Shown piece after piece: positions 1-10,007 of a stretch of 64,000 nt of DNA. Position 1 is the stretch's first letter; every line of letters starts with the position of its first letter. The notes beneath the pieces were generated by a model. It saw nothing but the letters and a program-made list of their open reading frames with translations. It was not told where the DNA came from and made no database searches. Made by a program: the position numbers and the translations under genes. The stretch comes from Candidatus Obscuribacteraceae bacterium (lineage in GTDB: Bacteria; Cyanobacteriota; Vampirovibrionia; Obscuribacterales; Obscuribacteraceae): NCBI GenBank assembly GCA_044229845.1, contig JBGASG010000014.1, positions 1 to 64,000 on the forward strand. The letters are read 5' to 3'.

Positions 1-164
1 TGCTCGCCATAACCCACCTGCGCATCGAGGTCGTCCATCCTCGCCAGTGCTGCCTTGTAGACAGGATCGGACAAGAAATTGACTTCGGGCGTCTTAGCCG
101 CAGGTTTGACTGAATTGGCCGAATCGTCAACCGCCAACGTAGTCGGCGGAGGTTCTTCACCCAT
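1..164 (-). CDS. Hypothetical protein, N-terminal part (runs off the window start)
   Basis: ATG at 164-162 with GAGG upstream; open to the window edge (MGEEPPPTTLAVDDSANSVKPAAKTPEVNFLSDPVYKAALARMDDLDAQVGYGE). Not in the ORF track; no recognised motif. Confidence 0.4.
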   Translation of the reverse strand, partial: MGEEPPPTTLAVDDSANSVKPAAKTPEVNFLSDPVYKAALARMDDLDAQVGYGE

Positions 165-216
165 TGCAAGCTGCCTCACAGATGAATGAGCACTTTAGCT
201 TTTTGCCCGATCCCGA

Positions 217-424
217 CAACATTAAATCGTTGTCGCGGCGGCGTCACTCTTGGCATGTGGGAACGTCGCGTTGAGTCTGCACCTAGATTAACGAACTCAA
301 GAAAATCACAGCCGGCACGACCTGAATACCGTTTACTACTAAATTTGCCTATAGGCAAATTTACTCGCGAGTATTTTCGCCTACAGGGCAATTTACTCGC
401 AGCCACCATGCAACATTAAATCGT
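217..424. repeat. 14-bp perfect direct repeat CAACATTAAATCGT (217-230 and 411-424)
   Basis: Both copies read directly; they flank the palindromic block in the divergent intergenic region. Confidence 0.8.
340..400. promoter_or_regulatory. Operator-like block: 24-bp perfect palindrome, 12-bp palindrome and a degenerate second copy
   Basis: TAAATTTGCCTATAGGCAAATTTA (340-363) is self-complementary, as is TACTCGCGAGTA (362-373); 342-368 and 374-400 match at 21/27 positions. The regulatory role is inferred. Confidence 0.6.
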
Positions 425-548
425 GATCGACACCGGTAGCTCTCAGCACGCAAGCGCCCGTAGTAGAGGTTTTCACGAGATGGAACCAGCTGTCATACCA
501 AGGGGCGGTGTGGCTAATCCTCTTCCGATGACCTTATGATCTACGGCT

Positions 549-3169
549 ATGATCGAAATTGTACTGACTCCCGCCGGAACGCTGGTATTCGAAGAGGCAG
601 CAGATGCCTCTTCGGCGCCGTGGACAAAACGCATAGTTGAAAAATTCGCTGCCGATCACGCAGCTGGTCTGTTCGGGCTCGCCGCTACTAAGCCCGATGG
701 CTACGTTGGTCCCTCAGTGATGTTTTGGCAGGAATTTGCCACCACATTCATGACTGAATTCTGCCGCAACCCGGAAGTGATAAACGGCGGTGTAACTGCG
801 GCTACCGAACCTCCACCGGAAGCGCAACTCGAAGCCATACGAGTCAGCGCTCCCCCCATGCGTGGCGCTGAATATTTGTCGGCAGACGTGCTGCGCAATC
901 TGTGGAATGACCTTGATTCCCCGAGAACGCACGCGACGAGCAATTTCCATTCGCGTTCCTCGCGACCTATGCGCCACGAGTTTCCACCGGCGGACGCGTA
1001 CAGTACCAACCGCTCAGTAAGGCGCTCCAGGAGCACGCCGGCGAGCGCAACAAAAAAGCGCTGATCAACTTGCTATCACCAGTTCATGTCGCGTCGGAGA
1101 AGAGCCGGTTCGTCAAACAGTTGCTGGAGTCCAACGATGTGTTCCATCCACTGCGCTGGACACCAGAGGAAGCATATCTTTTCTTGAAGGATGTGCCGAT
1201 GCTGGAGGAGAGCGGGCTTCTGGTGCGCATGCCGGATTGGTGGCGCAAACGGCAGCGCCCTCAAGTTAAGGTCACCATCGGCAACAAAAAACAGGAGCAT
1301 CTCAGCCTCGAAACCATGCTCGATTTCCAAGCCGAAGTAGCGCTCGGCGACACAAAGCTGTCCTCCGAGGAACTGAAACAGCTCATGAATTCCGGCGACG
1401 GTCTCGTTTATCTAAAAGGTCAGTGGGTCGAGGTAGACAGAGAGCGCCTCTCTCAGGCTCTGCAACAGTGGGACAAGATTCAAGGCGAAGCCGCATCAGG
1501 GGGAATTTCATTCGTCGAGGGAATGAGGCTGCTTGCGGGAGCGCCTGCAAACCTGGGCGCAGGCGAATCCTCTTTGACGGAGAGACAAGGCGATCAGTGG
1601 TCGGTCGTTGATCCGGGTTCATGGCTGGCCGATGTGCTGGCTCGACTGCGCAATCCCCAGCAATTCGCCGATCTCGGCACCACGACAATCAGCCGCGACT
1701 TCCGCGGCACGCTCCGCCCTTACCAATACGCAGGTCACCGGTGGCTGCAATTCGTTTCCTCCCTGGGGCTTGGCGCGTGCCTCGCCGATGACATGGGTCT
1801 GGGTAAGACAATTCAGATCATCTCAGTGCTCTTGTCGATGAAGGAAGAAACAGTCGGACAAACATCGGCAAAACGCCCTTCGCTGCTTGTTCTTCCCGCC
1901 TCGCTTTTAGCAAACTGGAAATCGGAAATTGAGCGGTTTGCGCCTTCGCTTTCCACCTGTTTCTTGCATCCCTCGCAAATTTCGTCGGCGGAAATGGCTA
2001 CCATCGCCAGCGATCCGCAAGCCCGCCTTTCCGAACACGATCTGGTTGCCACCACATACGGTATGCTTTTGCGCCAGCAGTGGCTGAACAATCTCAACTG
2101 GCGTCTTGTCATCCTGGATGAAGCGCAGGCCATCAAAAATCCGGCAGCAAATCAGACGCGCGCTGTGAAGAAACTGAAATCCGAGGCGCGCATCGCGCTT
2201 ACTGGAACGCCCATCGAGAACCGGCTCGGGGACTTATGGTCGCTGTTCGATTTTCTCTCACCTGGGTTGCTTGGCTCGACCGACAAATTCAAGCGGTTCA
2301 TTCAGAAGCTCAACGAACAAGAACATCCTAACTATGCGCCATTGCGCAATCTGGTGTCGCCATACATTTTGCGTCGATTGAAAACCGACAAGAGCATCAT
2401 TACAGACCTGCCCGACAAGACTGAACTCAAGACGTTCTGCGGAATGGCGCCCGCACAGGCGGCACTATATTCGAAGACAGTCGACGAATTGAAAGACTCG
2501 CTCAATCAGGTCGAAGGCATACAGCGTCGCGGACTGGTTTTGTCGTATCTTCTCAAGTTCAAGCAAGTGTGCAATCATCCCAGCCAACTCCTCGGCGACG
2601 GCGTCTACGAACCGGAGATGAGCGGCAAGTTTCAACGACTGCGCGCCATCTGCGAAGAGATTGCTTCGCGCCAGGAGAAAGTTCTGGTCTTCACGCAATT
2701 TCGCGAAATGACCGAGCCGCTGGCGGCGTTTCTCGCCCAGATATTCGCGCATCCCGGGCTGGTGCTGCACGGCGGCACGGCTGTCGGAAAGCGCAAGGGC
2801 ATCGTAGACACGTTTCAGGCAGCGGACGGGCCGCCATTCGTGGTGCTCAGCCTCAAGGCTGGCGGCACGGGGCTGAATCTCACCAACGCATCGCATGTGG
2901 TGCACTTTGATCGCTGGTGGAACCCGGCTGTTGAGAACCAGGCGACTGACCGCGCGTATCGCATCGGGCAGCATCGCAACGTTCTGGTGCACAAGTTCAT
3001 TTGCCAGGGCACCGTGGAAGAAAAAATCGACGCGCTGATCTCTGATAAAGTGGAGCTGGCTGAGGGTATCTTAACCGGCGGCGGAGCGGAGACTATGCTC
3101 ACCGAGATGAGCGATAGAGAATTGATCGCTCTGGTCAGCCTGGACCTCGACCGGGTCACATTAGATTAG
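549..3169 (+). pseudogene. SNF2-family (SWI2/SNF2) helicase/ATPase, split by a frameshift near 918-922
   Basis: ORF 1070-3169 has LADDMGLGKT, LDEAQAIKN, ALTGTPIENRL, SLKAGGTGLNL and QATDRAYRIGQ. ORF 549 gives the family N-terminus (APPMRGAEYL...LWNDLD), which continues in the downstream frame from 923 (ENARDEQFPFAFLATY...ALINLLSPVH). Confidence 0.85.
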
Positions 3170-3196
3170 ATAAGGCAAGGAGGAACCACGCGCAAA

Positions 3197-4276
3197 ATGC
3201 CGAGAGGCGGTAGATGGGGATGGAAATTTGCACCATACGTGACCATTGAGGAACGTCGGGCGATAGCAGACGACATCGTTCGCCGGCGGCGGGTAGCCGG
3301 GCACGATGTCCAGCCGGTTGAAATAGAGCGGGGACGCAAGATCGCACGCACTTTCTGGGGTGAAGCATGGTGCCAACATCTCGAGTCGTTCAGCGATTTC
3401 GCCAGTCGCTTGCCGCGCGGTCGCTCATACGTTCGCAATGGCGCGGTGTGCCATCTGGAGATCAGCAAAGGTAAGGTGAAGGCGCTCGTCAGCGGCAGCG
3501 AGTTATACGAAGTCAAAGTTCAAATTCAGAAACTGCCAGACTCAAAATGGCAAGCGGTCAAGAAACAGTGTGCCGGTGAAATCGGCTCGCTTCTTGAGCT
3601 TTTGCAAGGGAAGTTTTCAGAAAGGGTAATGTCTACCGTCACCGATCGGCGCCAGGGGCTGTTCCCCTTGCCCACCGAGATCCGCATGGATTGCAACTGT
3701 CCCGACATTGCCACCATGTGCAAGCACATCGCCGCTGTACTGTACGGCGTGGGCGCGCGACTGGACACCGCACCGGAACTGCTTTTCCTGATGCGCGACC
3801 TGGACCACGAAGAACTGATTGAGACAGATGCCACCACCATCATCGGCGCCGGACATGGCGATGCGTCGCGCCGCATCGCGGAGAGTGAACTTGCCGACAT
3901 TTTCGGAATTGATGTAATCGAAGCCGTGTCGGCGGGAGAGGGTCCCGTTCCGAAGTTGACCGCGCCGCAGAAGCCTTCTACGAAACAGACTTCTGCAAAG
4001 AAGGCGGCAGCCACGAAGAAGGCGGCAGCCACGAAGAAGGGGACAGCCACGAAGAGGTCCGAACACGAGTGGATCGCCGGGGCCAGCATTCGTGAAAAAC
4101 GGCGTTCTTTCGGCATGACGGAGAGCGAGTTCGCCCAATTGGTCGGTGTTACGCCTGCCACCATCAAGAAGTGGGAAGCCAGGCGCGGTCGGCTCAGACT
4201 TACGCCGCGCAGCTACGCCGCCGCCTCTGCAGTCTTCCTTCTTTCAGAGAAGCAAGCCTGGAAGAAACTGCAGTGA
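3197..4276 (+). CDS. SWIM zinc-finger protein with Lys/Ala-rich linker and C-terminal XRE-like HTH
   Basis: RLPRGRSYVRNGAV and CNCPDIATMCKH (SWIM CxC...CxH); C-terminal IREKRRSFGMTESEFAQLVGVTPATIKKWEA fits a Cro/XRE HTH; lies directly after the SNF2 gene. Confidence 0.88.
   Translation: MPRGGRWGWKFAPYVTIEERRAIADDIVRRRRVAGHDVQPVEIERGRKIARTFWGEAWCQHLESFSDFASRLPRGRSYVRNGAVCHLEISKGKVKALVSGSELYEVKVQIQKLPDSKWQAVKKQCAGEIGSLLELLQGKFSERVMSTVTDRRQGLFPLPTEIRMDCNCPDIATMCKHIAAVLYGVGARLDTAPELLFLMRDLDHEELIETDATTIIGAGHGDASRRIAESELADIFGIDVIEAVSAGEGPVPKLTAPQKPSTKQTSAKKAAATKKAAATKKGTATKRSEHEWIAGASIREKRRSFGMTESEFAQLVGVTPATIKKWEARRGRLRLTPRSYAAASAVFLLSEKQAWKKLQ
3998..4051 (+). repeat. Three 18-bp in-frame tandem repeats encoding KKAAAT/KKAAAT/KKGTAT
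   Basis: AAGAAGGCGGCAGCCACG twice, then AAGAAGGGGACAGCCACG. Confidence 0.9.
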
Positions 4277-4402
4277 GATAACACCTATTCGGGATACGAT
4301 TCCAGTAGCTGTAAGAACTCCCGCGCGGTAACGATTTTCGTGCCTTGGAACGAACTCTTTCTTTTCGGCCGTCGACTCTTGGTGCGTTCGATGCTCCCGA
4401 TT

Positions 4403-4521
4403 CGCTAATGCTGAATCCGCACATTTTCGAGTTCGGCGTGCGCAGTTTTCGCATCTTCGGCGTCGTTTTAATGTCTAACTGCGCATCCAGATGCGGAAAA
4501 TGTGCGGATTCAGCAACAGCG
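4403..4521. repeat. Long imperfect inverted repeat (about 120-nt hairpin) between convergent genes
   Basis: Perfect 20-bp arms TGCTGAATCCGCACATTTTC (4409-4428) and GAAAATGTGCGGATTCAGCA (4496-4515); inner 9-bp stem TGCGCAGTT (4439-4447)/AACTGCGCA (4477-4485); outer CGCT/AGCG pair. Confidence 0.85.
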
Positions 4522-4760
4522 CGTCGTCCGACGATGTCCCTAGCGTGTTGCGACCGGCCTGCTAACTATCGCGCCACCTTCGACCGATACATCAATGGGC
4601 GTATTTTCTCGCACACCAATGCTTGCCGCTAAGGACTGCGGAATGCGAATCCCTAGACCTGTTTTCCCATTTCTTAACCCTGGATCGCATCTTCGCCTCC
4701 GCTCATATTAGTGTACACAACGGCAAAATTGCAATCGCGATGCCACGCAAGACGGGGCAA

Positions 4761-5903
4761 TCAAACGGCGGCGACGGGAAGTTCCTGCAGGAGCGCATTG
4801 ATGCGGCGTGTATATCCGACGCCGCAGACATCCAGAGAGTGATGCTCGCGCATGAATCGGGCGGCGGCATTGCCGATGCGGCGGCGCAACTCATCGTTGG
4901 CGACGATGGTGCGCATGTGGGAGGCGGCGTGCTCGACGTCGGGTTCCGCCCACATCTGTCCTTCTTCGAAAAACATGTATTCGCCTTCGCGGACCGGCAC
5001 CAGCTCGCAGTCCACTAGCAGTGAATTGTCCTGGCGAGTGAAATCCAAATTGCCCGAATAGTTCGTGACGATCACGGGCTTGCCCATCACCATCATCTCG
5101 GCTGGTCCCAGTCCAAAGCCTTCGCACCGGTGCAGCGACACGTACGCGTCGCACAGACTTTCCAGCGCCGTCACTTCATCGCGCGTCCAGTCTTTGATCA
5201 ACAGCTTGATGCGATCGTCGCCGGCGATAAAGTCATTGAGCCGCTCCAGTGCTGCCGGTGGCAAGTTCTTCGACTTGATCACCAGCCCGACATTTTTGTT
5301 GTCGGGTTTGAATGCACTCTTGAATGCGCGAATGGTGGCATAAGGATTTTTGCGCGCGGGATAAGAGTAGCCATCGAAATGGAAGAGGAAAAGAAACTGA
5401 TCTTTGGGCAGTCCGAAAAACTCCCGTCCCAGCGGCGGTGCCTTCGGAACCTGCACTGCCAACGGCATGTGGAACACCGGCTTGTTGGTGGCACGTCGGT
5501 AAGCATCGGCGATAAATGTAGTCGGTGCCCAGAATTCGTCGTAATGATCGAAAAATGGGTTCCAGGCGCTGGGGATTTTTTCGAATTCCCAGTAGCCGTA
5601 TGAAATGTTGAACTTCTTGTCCAGCACTTGATTCCCGAGCGCCGTATGCGCGGCGTCGTAGTCGAAAATGTTGAAACACAAAAGGTTTATGGCGTTGGCA
5701 GTTCCGGCTCCATTCGTTTCGCTGAAGCGCCCCGCGTACTCCTGATTGATGTGCAGGTGCGGTCCGATCTTGGTGTTGATCAGAGCGAATTGCGATTGGG
5801 CACCGGCTGCATCCAGTGACGCCGCCACAATGCGAGCATGCTGCCCGACTCCGAATTCGCCCTGGAATGAACCGATTACAGAAAACGAGGTTGCCTTAGT
5901 CAT
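4761..5903 (-). CDS. Glycosyltransferase family 4 (GT-B)
   Basis: YVSLHRCEGFGLGPAEMMVMGKPVIVTNYSGNLDF carries the GT4 EX7E motif; RKNP motif upstream. Confidence 0.88.
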   Translation of the reverse strand: MTKATSFSVIGSFQGEFGVGQHARIVAASLDAAGAQSQFALINTKIGPHLHINQEYAGRFSETNGAGTANAINLLCFNIFDYDAAHTALGNQVLDKKFNISYGYWEFEKIPSAWNPFFDHYDEFWAPTTFIADAYRRATNKPVFHMPLAVQVPKAPPLGREFFGLPKDQFLFLFHFDGYSYPARKNPYATIRAFKSAFKPDNKNVGLVIKSKNLPPAALERLNDFIAGDDRIKLLIKDWTRDEVTALESLCDAYVSLHRCEGFGLGPAEMMVMGKPVIVTNYSGNLDFTRQDNSLLVDCELVPVREGEYMFFEEGQMWAEPDVEHAASHMRTIVANDELRRRIGNAAARFMREHHSLDVCGVGYTRRINALLQELPVAAV

Positions 5904-6027
5904 TGCCCCATTTTACATGCAAGCTCCGCAGGTCCCTCCGAAAGCGCTGATGTTCTCATGTAGTTGAATTACCGGCGCAAGCACGACAGAATGACGTCGG
6001 AATTCAGAATCGGCGGATTAAGCGAGC

Positions 6028-7479
6028 ATGTCCACAGCAGCAAACAAAGATACACAATCGCATATCAAGTTCGGCACCGATGGCTGGCGGGCGGTAATGG
6101 CCGACCAGTTTACCTTCGCCAATCTCGAACGTGTCAGTCAGGCGTATGCCAGCCATATTCTTAAAGATGGTGGTGCATCACATACTGTGAGCATCGGGTA
6201 TGACAACCGCTTTCTATCCGAAGATTTCGCCACTCGCGTCGGGCAGGTACTGCTTGGCAATGGCATCGATGTGCAACTTTTCTCGCATGCCGTCCCGACA
6301 CCGCTTTTGTCCTTCGCGGTCGTGAATGCAAAACATGCCGGCGGCATCATGATCACAGCTTCACACAATCCGCCGCAGTTCAACGGTTTCAAAATCAAAG
6401 CCAACTGGGGCGGCAGCGCTTTCGAGGAAGAAACTCGCGCCGTGGAATCTCTCTTGCCGGATCACTCAGCCGTAAAACTGGCTGGGCAAGCGGAAGTACG
6501 CCCAGTCGATTCGGCCGGCATCTGGAAGATATACAAAGACCACGTCCACAAGCTGCTCGACATCGAAGCCATCAAAAATTCCGATCTGAGCGTAATCGTC
6601 GACTCCATGCACGGCACAGGCTCCACCTGCATTGAGGAGTTTCTCCAGGGCGGCAAAGCCAAAGTGAAAGTGCAGACTATTCGCGCCCACAGAGACCCGC
6701 TTTTCGGCGGCGTGGCGCCGGAGCCTGTCGATCGCAATCTCGCTTTGACGAAACAAACAGTGCTGCAACAGAAAGCCACAGTGGCTGTGGTCACAGACGG
6801 CGATGCCGACCGCGTCGGCGCCGTCAGCGAGAAGGGCGAAACCATGACCATGTTGGAAGTGGTGCCGATTTTGCTCAAGCACTTGATGAAACGAGGCGGC
6901 AAAGGCAAAGTGGTCGCCACCGTCACGCAATCAGTGTTGCTGCGCCGCATGGCGGCTGCCAATAATCTGGAATATATCGAAACGCCGGTCGGCTTCAAGT
7001 ACATCGCCAAAGAAATTCTTGACGGCGACGTTTTAATCGGCGCGGAAGAGTCAGGCGGGATTGGCGTTGCGGGACACATTCCCGAGCGCGACGGCATCTA
7101 CAATTCGCTGCTTTTCTTAGAATCGCTGGCAGTCAGCGGCAAGAAACCAACCGAGTTGATCGCCGAAATTCACAAAGAATTTGGTTTCTTCGCGTATGGT
7201 CGCAACGATCTGCATGTCACACCGGAAGCTGGTCTTAGTTTCCTCGCCGAGCTGCAGCGCCGCGCTCCGGACAACATTGCCGGAAACAAAGTCGTGCAAA
7301 TGATCACCATGGATGGTGTCAAATTCGCTCTCGCTGACGATTCCTGGCTGATGTTCCGCCAGTCCGGAACCGAGCCCGTCCTCCGCTGTTATGCCGAGGG
7401 AACCTCACAGGAAAAGGCTCAGCAATTGTTAAGTGAAGCTCTGGTGCTGTTGAAAAAGTTCCAGCCTGCGGGCGTTTAA
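6028..7479 (+). CDS. manB: Phosphomannomutase/phosphoglucomutase (alpha-D-phosphohexomutase)
   Basis: FGTDGWRA, catalytic ITASHNP, metal loop DGDADR, GAEESGG and RQSGTEP. Confidence 0.9.
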   Translation: MSTAANKDTQSHIKFGTDGWRAVMADQFTFANLERVSQAYASHILKDGGASHTVSIGYDNRFLSEDFATRVGQVLLGNGIDVQLFSHAVPTPLLSFAVVNAKHAGGIMITASHNPPQFNGFKIKANWGGSAFEEETRAVESLLPDHSAVKLAGQAEVRPVDSAGIWKIYKDHVHKLLDIEAIKNSDLSVIVDSMHGTGSTCIEEFLQGGKAKVKVQTIRAHRDPLFGGVAPEPVDRNLALTKQTVLQQKATVAVVTDGDADRVGAVSEKGETMTMLEVVPILLKHLMKRGGKGKVVATVTQSVLLRRMAAANNLEYIETPVGFKYIAKEILDGDVLIGAEESGGIGVAGHIPERDGIYNSLLFLESLAVSGKKPTELIAEIHKEFGFFAYGRNDLHVTPEAGLSFLAELQRRAPDNIAGNKVVQMITMDGVKFALADDSWLMFRQSGTEPVLRCYAEGTSQEKAQQLLSEALVLLKKFQPAGV

Positions 7480-7581
7480 GCGCTCTCGGTCCCACTGGTG
7501 AGCGCGTCTTAACTATATCTCGGGCCAAAATCGTACTTCTTGGATACAATACGGGCGTTCTCTACAGGTAAGCCAAAAATC

Positions 7582-8622
7582 ATGACTAATGTTCTCATCA
7601 CTGGCGTTACCGGCATGGCCGGCTCGCACCTCGCGGAATTTTGTCTGGCCAACGTGCCGAATGCGAAAGTCTACGGCGTCAAGCGCTGGCGTTCGCAAAT
7701 GAACAACGTCGAGCACCTGGTCGACCAGGTCAACCTGATCGATTGCGAATTGACCGACGCTTTCGCGGTCAGCAACTTGATCGAAGCCACCAAACCCGAT
7801 TTTATTTTTCACCTGGCGGCACAGAGCTTCGTTCCGGAATCGTGGAACAGCCCGGCAGCCACCATCGCCAACAACACTGCCATGCAGCTCAATATTTTTG
7901 AAGCCGTGCGCAGACAGGGACTGAAGCCGCGCATTCAAGTCGCGCTCAGCTCCGAAGAATACGGCAAAGTGCTCGAGCACGAGCTGCCGATCAGCGAAAA
8001 CAACCCGCTGCGCCCGCTCAGCCCCTACGCGGTCAGCAAAGTCACGCAAGACATGCTCGCTTATCAATACAATCAATCGTACGGTCTGCACGTGGTGCGC
8101 ACCCGTGGTTTCAACCACGAAGGTCCGCGTCGCGGCGACGTTTTCGTCACCTCCAACTTCGCCAAACAGATTGCGCAAATCGAACTGGGCATCAAGCCGC
8201 CGGTGCTGCATGTCGGCAACCTGCAAGCCAAGCGCGACTGGACCGATGTGCGCGATATGGTGCGCGGTTACTGGATGGCTCTGCAATCCTGCACACCCGG
8301 CGAAGATTATGTAATCTGCTCCGGCGTCACCCGCACGATTCAAGAAATGCTCGACCTGCTGCTCACCATGAGCAACGTCAAGATCGAAGTCAAAGTCGAT
8401 CCGGCTCGCCTGCGTCCGAGTGATGTGGAAGTGCTCTGGGGCGATTGCAGCAAGTTCAAGAAAGCCACCGGCTGGGATACCACCATCTCGTTCGAAAAGA
8501 TGATGGGTGATCTGTTGGATTACTGGCGCTTGGAACTGCGCAGACGCGCTCCGGGCGCTGTCGCCGGCGCGGAGCAAGTAATTCCGGTGCAAAAAACATC
8601 TTCGACATCAGCTAAGAACTGA
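7582..8622 (+). CDS. GDP-mannose 4,6-dehydratase / GDP-4-keto-6-deoxymannose reductase (Rmd)-like SDR
   Basis: ITGVTGMAGSHL, HLAAQSFVPESW, SSEEYG, SPYAVSK, FNHEGPRRG, RDWTDVRD and RLRPSDV. Start moved to the ATG at 7582. Confidence 0.85.
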   Translation: MTNVLITGVTGMAGSHLAEFCLANVPNAKVYGVKRWRSQMNNVEHLVDQVNLIDCELTDAFAVSNLIEATKPDFIFHLAAQSFVPESWNSPAATIANNTAMQLNIFEAVRRQGLKPRIQVALSSEEYGKVLEHELPISENNPLRPLSPYAVSKVTQDMLAYQYNQSYGLHVVRTRGFNHEGPRRGDVFVTSNFAKQIAQIELGIKPPVLHVGNLQAKRDWTDVRDMVRGYWMALQSCTPGEDYVICSGVTRTIQEMLDLLLTMSNVKIEVKVDPARLRPSDVEVLWGDCSKFKKATGWDTTISFEKMMGDLLDYWRLELRRRAPGAVAGAEQVIPVQKTSSTSAKN

Positions 8623-8634
8623 TCGGGGGTAAAC

Positions 8635-9594
8635 GTGCCAGCGCGTGTTGTACAACCGCGAGCACTGATAACGGGAGCCGGCGGTTTCATCGGCTCCCAT
8701 CTGGCCAGGCGACTGGCGGAATTGGGCTGGCAGACGACGCTCACCGCGCTCAGTCTCGGCGACGAACTGAAACGCGTCAGCAAGCTGTCTGCCAGCACAC
8801 GGCTGGTCACCGGCGACCTGGGTAATTTGCTGCAGAGCGGCAAGTTCGACGAGGCTTACGAGTTCATTTTTCATTGCGCCGGCAGCAGCACAGTGCCGGA
8901 ATCGGTGGATGCGCCGATGAAGGACCTGAGCAAGAACACGCTTCTGGCATTGCAATTGCTCGAACACTGCCGCAAGCGCGAAGACCGCCCGAAGGTGATT
9001 CTGCTCTCGTCGGCGGCCGTCTACGGCAACCCGGCGCGTGTGCCGATTAAGGAAGACGATCCGACGATTCCCGTATCGCCGTATGGTGTCAGCAAACTGG
9101 CCGCGGAAAACTATGCGCGCGTCTATCACGATCTGCACCAGATACCAGTGGTGGTGGCACGACCATTTTCAGTCTACGGACCCGGGCAGAAGAAACTTTT
9201 GATCTATGAGTTTCTCAATCAACTTCTGCAGAATGAGAAGGAAGTGCATCTGCGCGGCGATGGCTCGCAGATGCGGGACTTCGTCCATATCGATGATTTG
9301 ATCGAGGCACTGCTTCTGGTGGCAACCCAGGGCGACTTCACTGCCGAGGCATACAACATCGCCTCCGGTGAATCGATCACAATCGCGCAGCTGGTTGACC
9401 TCTTGCTGGAAGTTACTCAGCAAAGCCGCCACGTAGTTTTCTCAGAAGCAGCCGGTCCCGGCGAACCGCAGCGCTGGTCGGTGGACATATCAAAACTGGA
9501 AGCTCTCGGTTTCAAGTGCAACGTCTCACTCAGAGATGGACTGGAGCGATTGAGTTCCGCATTTCTAGCCGCGTCAGAGAATGCTTATGTCTGA
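8635..9594 (+). CDS. NAD-dependent epimerase/dehydratase (extended SDR)
   Basis: ITGAGGFIGSHL, SSAAVYG, SPYGVSK and RDFVHIDD. Confidence 0.88.
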   Translation: MPARVVQPRALITGAGGFIGSHLARRLAELGWQTTLTALSLGDELKRVSKLSASTRLVTGDLGNLLQSGKFDEAYEFIFHCAGSSTVPESVDAPMKDLSKNTLLALQLLEHCRKREDRPKVILLSSAAVYGNPARVPIKEDDPTIPVSPYGVSKLAAENYARVYHDLHQIPVVVARPFSVYGPGQKKLLIYEFLNQLLQNEKEVHLRGDGSQMRDFVHIDDLIEALLLVATQGDFTAEAYNIASGESITIAQLVDLLLEVTQQSRHVVFSEAAGPGEPQRWSVDISKLEALGFKCNVSLRDGLERLSSAFLAASENAYV

Positions 9595-9761
9595 TGTGAT
9601 GGCTCCCTGACGAACAACATGTTGACGACCGTGATCATATTGCGGCAACACGGCAATTGTTGTGTAGCTAACACTTTCTCAAAAAACGCTAGGCAGAATC
9701 GGCAGTCCCGTGCATGATGGAGGTAACCTGCCGCAAACACTTCCCCAGGAGAGTCGTATTG

Positions 9762-10007
9762 ATGTCGACTCCGAGATTTGACCACATCCTGGACCTTGCC
9801 GTTCAGAGTGAAGACGCGCTTAACTTCGCTGAGGCCGAGGCGCATTTGAATAGCGCAGTGACGGCAGCCATCAAAGGGACCAATAGCCATCAGTTGCTGG
9901 TAGCCTATTATAGATTCGGCGCCTACTTGCGCCGGCAGGGTCGTCACGAGGACGCTGATGCAATGGAAAAAATGGCTGAGGTTTGCGCAAAAAGTGTGAG
10001 CGGCTGA
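9762..10007 (+). CDS. Small hypothetical helical (TPR-like) protein
   Basis: AGGAG RBS at 9747-9751 before the ATG at 9762; helical-repeat-like YYRFGAYLRRQGRHEDADAMEKMA. Confidence 0.55.
   Translation: MSTPRFDHILDLAVQSEDALNFAEAEAHLNSAVTAAIKGTNSHQLLVAYYRFGAYLRRQGRHEDADAMEKMAEVCAKSVSG

Noticed and set aside
176..419. Overlapping 77-aa ORFs on both strands
   Set aside because: They run across the palindromic intergenic block, with no motifs or RBS; probably spurious.
905..930. Programmed ribosomal frameshift in the SNF2 gene
   Set aside because: No canonical slippery heptamer, and a conserved segment appears to be missing, which favours a deletion.
3998..4051. Possible CRISPR-like repeats (also 47430-47465)
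   Set aside because: Contiguous in-frame 18-bp repeats without spacers; no cas genes.
549..4276. SNF2-SWIM pair as a named anti-phage defence system
   Set aside because: No nuclease, methylase or other defence partner gene is visible, so a named system cannot be supported.
7513..8592. Long antisense ORF (359 aa) and similar shadow ORFs across the window
   Set aside because: They mirror well-supported genes on the opposite strand and carry no motifs.
9690..9745. Possible riboswitch upstream of the small TPR-like gene
   Set aside because: Only a short CGGCAG/CTGCCG pairing; it does not fit any riboswitch consensus I can verify.
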